4,445 nt of DNA from the NCBI RefSeq assembly GCF_030384885.1, contig NZ_CP128616.1. One strand, written 5' to 3'. The translations under genes and the position numbers were made by a program. Below, in pieces: positions 1 through 4,425 of this stretch. The notes beneath the pieces were generated by a model. The model was not told the origin of the DNA and ran no database searches. It saw nothing but the letters and a program-made list of their open reading frames with translations. This DNA comes from Escherichia coli. GTDB lineage: Bacteria > Pseudomonadota > Gammaproteobacteria > Enterobacterales > Enterobacteriaceae. Each line of letters begins with the position of its first letter. The stretch's first letter is position 1.

Positions 1-262
1 AACAGTGAGCCATGTAGATGGTTGGAATGGCCTTCCTCAATACGAAATCAGGGGAAATAAAATCTACAGGACAGTGAGCCATGTAGATGGTTGGAATGGT
101 CTTCCTCAATACGAAATCAGGGGAAATAAAATCTACAGGACAGTGAGCCATGTAGATGGTTGGAATGGTCTTCCTCAATACGAAATCAGGGGAAATAAAA
201 TCTACACAACAGTGAGTCATGTAAACGGTTGGAACGGTCTTCCGCAATATGAGATCAGATAA
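1..262 (+). CDS. 3' portion of a small tandem-repeat protein (5'-partial in window; appears to continue from 4426-4445 across a circular junction); hypothetical
   Basis: Frame is open from position 2 to TAA at 260-262. Encodes VSHVDGWNGLPQYEIRGNKIYRT three times plus a diverged shorter copy. Differences between copies are mostly synonymous (GGC/GGT, AGC/AGT, AAT/AAC, CCT/CCG, TAC/TAT, GAA/GAG, AGG/AGA) against two amino-acid changes (R to T, D to N), which argues for selection on the protein. Confidence 0.6.
   Translation, partial: TVSHVDGWNGLPQYEIRGNKIYRTVSHVDGWNGLPQYEIRGNKIYRTVSHVDGWNGLPQYEIRGNKIYTTVSHVNGWNGLPQYEIR
2..259 (+). repeat. 69-bp tandem direct repeat, about 3.7 copies (units starting at 2, 71, 140, 209); in-frame coding repeat
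   Basis: Units 1-3 are near-identical (one GGC/GGT difference); unit 4 has eight substitutions. 69 bp = 23 codons, so the repeat is in frame. Confidence 0.9.
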
Positions 263-294
263 TTTGCGGGGCAAACCCTGCAAAAAGAAATCAT

Positions 295-324
295 ATTTAC
301 CATAACATCTGTATTGTACGCACC
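295..324 (-). other. cer-like XerC/XerD site-specific recombination core (plasmid multimer resolution site)
   Basis: Reverse complement of 295-324 is GGTGCGTACAA-tacagatg-TTATGGTAAAT. Both 11-bp arms match the ColE1 cer XerC and XerD arms as I recall them (GGTGCGTACAA / TTATGGTAAAT) with an 8-bp central region, as in cer. Confidence 0.8.
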
Positions 325-520
325 GTTAAAACGCGCTCAGCGCGATTCTGGCGCAAAAACCGTAAAAAGGGATGTTTTCCCCGGGGTAAACCGGAAAAAT
401 GCGTCAGGATTGTTTTCAGCGCGTTGCATGACTATGCATGAAACTGAATGGCAATCGATCCGGGCGCGTCCGCTGTCCCTGAGGCTTATTTTTGGCAGTT
501 TTCTTTCTGTCTGCGTCACA
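325..520. promoter_or_regulatory. Putative cer accessory region (ArgR/PepA side), with a candidate ARG-box-like dyad at 425-440
   Basis: Lies on the XerC-arm side of the core, where cer accessory sequences sit. tgcatgactatgcatg at 425-440 loosely resembles an ARG box (TNTGAATWWWWATTCANW). Extent and ARG box are inferred, not matched to a reference. Confidence 0.35.
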
Positions 521-558
521 TTCCATGCCAGAACACATCCGTCAGCAACGACATTCAA

Positions 559-780
559 CAGCCCACCATTAGCCCACACACAAAATACCGATGGGCACAC
601 CGATGTATCATAAAAATTTATCCGTTATATTTCATACAAATAAGAGGCCACCATCAGCCCACTCTATTAGCCCACAAAACGCCCACACTTTTGCTATCAC
701 TATGATTATCAATATAAAACCCACAAAAGTGGGCTGATGATGGGCTAACTGTGGGCGTAGAAGCCCATCATCAGCCCACC
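559..780. repeat. Array of GCCCAC/GTGGGC hexamer motifs (at least 9 copies) with AT-rich spacers and a perfect 17-bp inverted repeat (729-745 / 763-779)
   Basis: GCCCAC at 561, 572, 657, 670, 681, 773; GTGGGC at 729, 751; GCCCAT/ATGGGC variants at 740 and 763. Spacings of 11, 13, 11, 22, 22 bp. gtgggctgatgatgggc (729-745) is the exact reverse complement of gcccatcatcagcccac (763-779). Confidence 0.7.
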
Positions 781-1021
781 ACATCCGACAAAATAGAATT
801 TTTTGCCAGATAAACACCACTATAACGCACTGAATTTAAAGTAAAATCACGCAAAACGCAGTTTTGCGACAGGTGTGGTAAATGCAGGTCAGAGGAGAGG
901 GGAATTTCAGGCGCGGAGCCGGTCCTGGTTCGGGCTACAGGACTCTCAGAAAAAGCGAATAAATTTGCGCTGGCCGTCAGAGCATTACGCCGGGGTATCG
1001 GGGTGAAACCCTGAGCAGGAG

Positions 1022-1061
1022 GTAATTGTAATAGCGTCACGGGTGACGGTATTACAATTAC
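1022..1061. repeat. 19-bp near-perfect inverted repeat (palindrome) with 2-bp centre
   Basis: gtaattgtaatagcgtcac gg gtgacggtattacaattac; arms are reverse complements with one mismatch (G/G at 1034/1049). Confidence 0.8.
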
Positions 1062-1411
1062 ACATCCTGTCCTGTGTCAGGCAGCCGGATACGGTCGTCC
1101 TGGTGGCAACAGTCGGGCAGGGGGTACAACTGTACCCCGTCACATCCGCAAAAGATTTACGGCACGAAACAGGAGCGACGCAACAACTGCCGGTAACACG
1201 ACCCCATGAACGGGACAGGATGTGTAATCGTATAACCGCGCACGCACGTTCATCCGATTACAACCTGGTCAGGGCTTTACCCCGACACCCACGATGTGAT
1301 GAACGGATGAACATAAAACAACCGGAAAAACGCTCACTGTCCAGGCAAAGAACGGAACACGGCATAATCACATGATGCTGAATACAGAGACAGAACGGAG
1401 AACGACAGAAG

Positions 1412-1615
1412 GTGAACAAACAGCAGCAAACTGCACTTAACATGGCGCGATTCATCAAAAGCCAGAGTCTGACACTGCTTGAAAAGCTGGATGCCCTCGA
1501 TGCCGACGAACAGGCAACCATGTGTGAACGGCTGCACGAACTGGCGGAAGAACTGCAGAACAGCATACAGACGCATTTTGAAGCGCAGTACGGCATTGGA
1601 GTGGAACAACCATAA
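1412..1615 (+). CDS. rop: Rop/Rom, RNA one modulator (ColE1 copy-number control protein), 67 aa, GTG start
   Basis: Translation MNKQQQTALNMARFIKSQSLTLLEKLDALDADEQATMCERLHELAEEL... aligns along its length with pBR322 Rop (MTKQEKTALNMARFIRSQTLTLLEKLNELDADEQADICESLHDHADEL...). GTG start as in pBR322; GGAG 12 nt upstream; sits immediately upstream of the ColE1-type origin as in pMB1. Confidence 0.9.
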   Translation: MNKQQQTALNMARFIKSQSLTLLEKLDALDADEQATMCERLHELAEELQNSIQTHFEAQYGIGVEQP

Positions 1616-1831
1616 AGACGCTGGCGAAAGCGGTCGCGGCTTGTCCGTGAGCGTTTTCGCCAGCAGACAAGCCCGCAGGGCGCGTCAGGACAGTGACCTG
1701 AGAAAGACACTGGCGCGTAAGTGCTCAAAGCAAACGGGCGGAGAAATTCCGCTTCCTCGCCCACTCGCTCACTACGTTCGGTCGCTGGGGCTGCGGCGAG
1801 CGGTGGCGGCTCTCTCATAACTGCAGACGGG

Positions 1832-1840
1832 TTATCCACA
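1832..1840 (+). promoter_or_regulatory. DnaA box (TTATCCACA) in the ColE1 origin region
   Basis: Exact TTATCCACA consensus at the position corresponding to the DnaA box of pBR322 ori (ACGGTTATCCACAGAATC). Confidence 0.7.
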
Positions 1841-1884
1841 AAATTGGGGGACAACCAGGACAGAACAAAGGCCGCGGCAGAGCC

Positions 1885-2440
1885 GTTTTTCCATAGGCTC
1901 CGCCCCCCTGACGAGCATCACAAAAACAGACGCTCAAGTCAGGGGGAGGCGAAACCCGACAGGACTATAAAGATACCAGGTGTTTCCCCCTGGAAGCTCC
2001 CTCGTGCGCTCTCCTGTTCCGACCCTGCCGCTTACCGGATACCTGTCCGCCTTTCTCCCTTCGGGAAGCGTGGCGCTTTCTCATAGCTCACGCTGTAGGT
2101 ATCTCAGTTCGGTGTAGGTCGTTCGCTCCAAGCTGGGCTGTGTGCACGAACCCCCCGTTCAGCCCGACCGCTGCGCCTTATCCGGTAACTATCGTCTTGA
2201 GTCCAACCCGGTAAGACACGACTTATCGCCACTGGCAGCAGCCACTGGTAACAGGATTAGCAGAGCGAGGTATGTAGGCGGTGCTACAGAGTTCTTGAAG
2301 TGGTGGCCTAACTACGGCTACACTGGAAGGACAGTATTTGGTATCTGCGCTCTGCTGAAGCCAGTTACCAGGTTAAGCAGTTCCCCAACTGACTTAACCT
2401 TCGAAAAACCGCCTCCCCAGGCGGTTTTTTCGTTTACAGA
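1885..2440 (-). ncRNA. RNAII replication primer precursor (ends approximate)
   Basis: RNAII promoter on the - strand: -35 TTGAGA (rc of 2469-2474), 17-bp spacer, -10 TAATCT (rc of 2446-2451), same hexamers as pBR322. 5' end placed about 2440 and 3' end about 555 nt downstream by analogy with ColE1. Confidence 0.75.
2331..2432 (+). ncRNA. RNAI antisense copy-number control RNA
   Basis: Begins ACAGTATTTGGTATCTGCGCTCTGCTGAAGCCAGTTACC as pBR322 RNAI. Upstream promoter -35 TTGAAG (2295-2300), 17-bp spacer, -10 CTACAC (2318-2323) as in pBR322. Terminator stem CCGCCT cccc AGGCGG followed by TTTTTT (2409-2430). Internal loop sequences differ from pMB1. Confidence 0.85.
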
Positions 2441-2512
2441 GCAAGAGATTACGCGTACAGAGCACGGATCTCAAGAAGATCGTAAGAAGAAAGTTAACAT
2501 GAGTGTTTTTAT

Positions 2513-2558
2513 CCCTCAAAAAGAAGGCTTCTATAAATAGAAGCCTTCTTTTTGAGGG
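2513..2558. terminator. 46-bp perfect palindrome / strong hairpin; likely bidirectional terminator between the higA 3' end and the RNAII promoter
   Basis: ccctcaaaaagaaggcttcta taaa tagaagccttctttttgaggg; 21-bp arms are exact reverse complements. T-rich sequence follows on the + strand; higA stop lies 26 bp away on the - strand. Confidence 0.65.
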
Positions 2559-2583
2559 ATAACTTATATTTTTTTAAAAAAAA

Positions 2584-2940
2584 TCATGCAATAGCATGTT
2601 TCTTCTCAGAATTATCAACAATGTGTTTCCTTTCTATGATTTCATGAGCGGGAATCACTCTGTCTATTTCTTCTTGCAATCGAGGGCTACTAGTAACCTC
2701 CCATAAATCAACAGACTGCTGTATATTTAGCCAGAACTTTGCAGTGGTATTGAAGGCTTTAGCCAACCTAAAAGCCATATCGGTAGACAGCTTTCTATTA
2801 TTGTTAACTAAAGCACTGGCAGAGTTTCTATGCACATTCAACATTTCAGCCAAGTCATTGATTTTTAAACCACTTGGTTCGAGATATTCATAAAGAATAA
2901 TATCCCCTACAGTTGATGGCTTTCTAGTTGCTTGGGACAT
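2584..2940 (-). CDS. higA: HigA-family antitoxin (XRE-type helix-turn-helix), 118 aa
   Basis: Translation ...TVGDIILYEYLEPSGLKINDLAEMLNVHRNSASALVNNNRKLSTDMAFRLAKAFNTTAKFWLNIQQSVDLW... has the pattern I recall for HigA/VapI antitoxins (PG.IL.EEFLEP.GL...LA..LGV.R......NG.R.I....A.RLA..FG.....WLNLQ). AGGAG sits 6 nt upstream of the ATG. Downstream of a HigB-family gene on the same strand. Confidence 0.85.
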   Translation of the reverse strand: MSQATRKPSTVGDIILYEYLEPSGLKINDLAEMLNVHRNSASALVNNNRKLSTDMAFRLAKAFNTTAKFWLNIQQSVDLWEVTSSPRLQEEIDRVIPAHEIIERKHIVDNSEKKHAIA

Positions 2941-3142
2941 GCTTTACTCCTAAATTTTTTACTTCTCTCTGTTAGATGAGGAAGATAAGTATTTCGTCTA
3001 TTACCAGCTGTAGCGATGAGTAATTATCTTAAATATAGTCACGTCATTTAGTTTATTAATCATTATTTGTAATGACATTTTAATGTAGGTGAGGGAACGC
3101 CTCACCTACTTGTTTTATAAGATAACAGCCACGACCTGTTAT
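2941..3142 (-). promoter_or_regulatory. higB-higA intergenic spacer (200 bp) with dyad elements; candidate independent higA promoter/operator
   Basis: Palindromes TCATTAtttgTAATGA (3060-3075) and GATAACAGccacgacCTGTTATC (3121-3143); - strand candidate -10 GATAAT; strong RBS for higA. No promoter has been demonstrated. Confidence 0.4.
3085..3109. terminator. Hairpin (10-bp perfect stem, 5-nt loop) inside the higB-higA spacer; terminator-like
   Basis: gtaggtgagg gaacg cctcacctac; followed on the + strand by TTGTTTTAT and on the - strand by A/U-rich sequence. Lies 33 nt downstream of the higB stop on the - strand. Confidence 0.5.
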
Positions 3143-3460
3143 CTATCGGTAATCATGTGGATCGAGATACAAATCCTCGATTCCGTTTTCACCCCACTTA
3201 AATATTAAGCGGTACTTCTCATTCACCCGTATGGATGAATACCCTGTCAATGGAGGGTTGAGATTCTCAAATCGGTTTCCCGGGGGAGACCGCAAATCTC
3301 CAACTTTATCAGCAGCATTCAGCATATCCAGCTTGCGACCTAATGAAGCACTAATCGCAGTTGGAATCTTTCGATTGGCTTTACCATATTTGTAAAACTG
3401 GTATAGCCAATCGTCTCGAAACTGAATGCGGCAATCATCATGTTCATGATCTTGCTGCAT
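3143..3460 (-). CDS. higB: HigB-family toxin (RelE/ParE superfamily, plasmid maintenance system killer type), 105 aa
   Basis: C-terminal region ...DLRSPPGNRFENLNPPLTGYSSIRVNEKYRLIFKWGENGIEDLYLDPHDYR matches the family signature I recall (DLRSPPGNRLE.L.G.R.GQ.SIR.N..WRL.F.W.......I.DYH). GAGGT RBS 9 nt upstream of the ATG. Toxin precedes antitoxin, as in hig loci. Confidence 0.85.
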   Translation of the reverse strand: MQQDHEHDDCRIQFRDDWLYQFYKYGKANRKIPTAISASLGRKLDMLNAADKVGDLRSPPGNRFENLNPPLTGYSSIRVNEKYRLIFKWGENGIEDLYLDPHDYR

Positions 3461-3646
3461 TTTTCTTTTACCTCAATTTTTGCCGCAACTTGGCAATTTT
3501 TTAGATCACCTTCTTACCTCCGATATAGTACAGCAAACACAAGAAATGCACAACAGCACAGTGCACTTGTGCAACCAATAACCATACTGTAGAATGCACC
3601 CACACACAGTGCAGATGTGCAAAATAGAGGGTAATTTGGAGGTTAC
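3461..3646. promoter_or_regulatory. Divergent promoter/operator region between higB (-) and the 80-aa ORF (+), with repeated TGCAC/GTGCA dyads
   Basis: Perfect palindrome TGCACttGTGCA (3562-3573), near-palindrome TGCAGatGTGCA (3610-3621) and further TGCAC copies at 3547 and 3595. Two copies of a roughly 19-bp repeat cacagtgca(c/g)(t/a)tgtgcaa (3557-3574, 3605-3622). Candidate higB promoter on the - strand: -35 TTGTGC (rc of 3548-3553), 17-bp spacer, -10 TACTAT (rc of 3525-3530). Candidate + strand promoter: -35 TTGTGC (3567-3572), 17 bp, -10 TAGAAT (3590-3595). Confidence 0.55.
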
Positions 3647-3889
3647 ATGGCTCTTGTTCGTTCAGGAAACAAAAGCAAGATTTTTGAAGCAGATAAGAAG
3701 TTTAACTCGGTTTTTGACACTGAATATCAGCCGGGAGAAACATGTAAATATGAAGGGATTTATAAATGTACCGGTTGCGGTAAAGAAGTAACTATCGCAG
3801 GTGGGAAAAAAATCCCACCACAAAACCACCACCAACATACCCCCGCGCAAGGGAACATTCGTTGGCAATTGTTTGTTTATGCTCAGTGA
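3647..3889 (+). CDS. Hypothetical small protein (80 aa) with Cys-x6-Cys-x2-Cys and a His-rich C-terminal segment; possible metal-binding or zinc-ribbon-like
   Basis: GGAGG RBS 4-5 nt upstream of the ATG; ORF starts right after the palindromic operator region, divergent from higB. Sequence ...CKYEGIYKCTGCGKEVTIAGGKKIPPQNHHQH.... No family recognised from memory. Confidence 0.55.
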   Translation: MALVRSGNKSKIFEADKKFNSVFDTEYQPGETCKYEGIYKCTGCGKEVTIAGGKKIPPQNHHQHTPAQGNIRWQLFVYAQ

Positions 3890-3899
3890 GGAATAGAAA

Positions 3900-4031
3900 A
3901 TGGCAGATCGTCGACCGCTCAACCCACACGTTGTCGTTCCTAAACCAGGCGGCGGAACTCAACCTCGTGACCGTAACAATGACGGAAGGGTCAGAGGAAA
4001 ACGCTCAGATGCAGGAAAGCCAAGAAAATAA
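3900..4031 (+). CDS. Possible small basic ORF (43 aa, MADRRPLNPHVVVPKPGGGTQPRDRNNDGRVRGKRSDAGKPRK); hypothetical
   Basis: GAGGA RBS 7 nt upstream of the ATG, beginning 11 nt after the stop of the 80-aa ORF; stop TAA at 4029-4031 lies just before an intrinsic terminator. Very short and low complexity, so coding status is uncertain. Confidence 0.3.
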   Translation: MADRRPLNPHVVVPKPGGGTQPRDRNNDGRVRGKRSDAGKPRK

Positions 4032-4035
4032 CAGC

Positions 4036-4064
4036 AAGCCGCCAGCCTGGCGGCTTTTTTATTT
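4036..4064 (+). terminator. Rho-independent terminator ending the 80-aa / 43-aa transcription unit
   Basis: aaGCCGCCAG cc CTGGCGGCtt stem followed by TTTTTTATTT. Confidence 0.75.
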
Positions 4065-4083
4065 ATATCTACAGCTGACACTG

Positions 4084-4099
4084 ATTTACCATAGCATCC
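4084..4099 (+). repeat. Copy 1 of a 16-bp motif ATTTACCATA(G/A)CATC(C/T) (XerD-arm-like)
   Basis: atttaccatagcatcc; 15/16 identical to 4365-4380 and 14/16 to 295-310 (the XerD arm plus adjacent central bases of the cer-like site). Lies 33 nt upstream of the 4132 start codon. Confidence 0.7.
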
Positions 4100-4131
4100 A
4101 CTGTATCTACTCAGTCTTGATAGGTGTTTTT

Positions 4132-4335
4132 ATGAGTAATGAATTAGACAGCCTTTCAGAAGTAGTTAAAGGACTCACAAAGATAGAGCTGCCTGGCGGC
4201 GGTGGCGGTGAAACCGATAGCCCTGTAGTTGAGGCAGCTATAGCTGTTGGCATTGTAGGGGCTGCTGCATATGGGATTTATAAGCTTTTTGGTCGCGCAG
4301 AACCCCAGAAAGATGAGGACAAACTCGGTTTCTAG
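4132..4335 (+). CDS. Hypothetical small membrane peptide (67 aa): acidic N-terminal segment, Gly5 run, one predicted transmembrane helix
   Basis: ATG at 4132 preceded by AGGTG; translation MSNELDSLSEVVKGLTKIELPGGGGGETDSPVVEAAIAVGIVGAAAYGIYKLFGRAEPQKDEDKLGF. The longer track ORF 3862-4335 is rejected because it spans the terminator at 4036-4064. Confidence 0.6.
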   Translation: MSNELDSLSEVVKGLTKIELPGGGGGETDSPVVEAAIAVGIVGAAAYGIYKLFGRAEPQKDEDKLGF

Positions 4336-4364
4336 AACCATAAGGCAGCATCAAAACGGCATTC

Positions 4365-4380
4365 ATTTACCATAACATCC
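4365..4380 (+). repeat. Copy 2 of the 16-bp motif ATTTACCATAACATCC (exact XerD-arm match, no convincing XerC arm)
   Basis: Reverse complement reads ...ggatg TTATGGTAAAT. The 11-bp arm is identical to the cer XerD arm; the flanking candidate XerC arm matches cer at only about 5 of 11 positions. Lies 46 nt upstream of the ATG at 4426. Confidence 0.7.
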
Positions 4381-4425
4381 GTTAACTGCGGCCTTGTCAT
4401 AAAAGAAATGGATATTGGAGACAAT

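Larger units (their letters stand above)
1850..2480 (-). other. ColE1/pMB1-type origin of replication (RNAII primer region, RNA-DNA transition near 1865-1890)
   Basis: Long near-identity to the pBR322/pUC origin (ccataggctccgcccccctgacgagcatcacaaaaa ... agcagagcgaggtatgtaggcggtgctacagagttcttgaagtggtggcctaactacggctacac), in the same orientation relative to rop as in pBR322. Confidence 0.9.

Noticed and set aside
2-259. 69-bp tandem repeats as iterons, a CRISPR array or a satellite
   Set aside because: No alternation of repeats with unique spacers; the unit is exactly 23 codons, in frame with an upstream ATG and a downstream stop, and inter-copy changes are mostly synonymous. A coding repeat is the better explanation.
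263-292. GCGGGG caaa CCCTGC hairpin after the repeat-protein stop as an intrinsic terminator
   Set aside because: The stem contains a G-U pair and is followed by an A-run rather than a U-run on the coding strand; not confidently a terminator.
314-820. Track ORFs 314-613 (+), 337-600 (-), 448-705 (+), 632-820 (-)
   Set aside because: Overlap the cer-like site, its accessory region and the GCCCAC motif array; translations are low complexity (His/Pro/Thr/Ser-rich) and lack an RBS.
873-883. gtgtggtaaat, partial (9/11) match to a XerD arm on the + strand
   Set aside because: No acceptable XerC arm at 6-8 bp spacing and it lacks the extended 16-bp motif shared by the three other copies.
1279-1289. 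ccccgacaccc, reverse complement of the GGGTGTCGGGG block found near the pBR322 bom region
   Set aside because: Only an 11-mer in opposite orientation with no surrounding nic-site similarity; too short to call an oriT.
771-1375. Track ORFs 771-1040 (-) and 1043-1375 (+)
   Set aside because: No recognisable start context and arbitrary composition; the + ORF begins inside the 19-bp palindrome. Treated as non-coding, though not excluded.
1258-1854. 198-aa - strand ORF (and 1334-1609, 1455-1670 on the - strand)
   Set aside because: Antisense to rop and to the rop-ori interval; Cys/Ser/Arg-rich arbitrary composition; no start context.
2142-2540. 132-aa + strand ORF (with overlapping ORFs 1721-2086 and 1479-1820)
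   Set aside because: Lies entirely within the ColE1 origin (RNAII/RNAI region), whose sequence is accounted for by known RNA functions; no RBS. Spurious reading frame.
3594-3922. ORFs 3594-3791 (+) and 3662-3922 (-)
   Set aside because: The first is an alternative frame starting inside the operator region and overlapping the better-supported 3647 ORF; the second is antisense to it. Neither has start signals.
3862-4335. 157-aa + strand ORF as a single gene
   Set aside because: Its 5' part overlaps the end of the 80-aa gene and reads through the intrinsic terminator at 4036-4064. Only the 3' part from the ATG at 4132, which has an RBS, is kept as a gene.
4156-4341. 61-aa - strand ORF antisense to the membrane-peptide gene
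   Set aside because: Entirely antisense to the 4132-4335 ORF, with no RBS. I considered a microcin-immunity-like overlapping gene but found no support.
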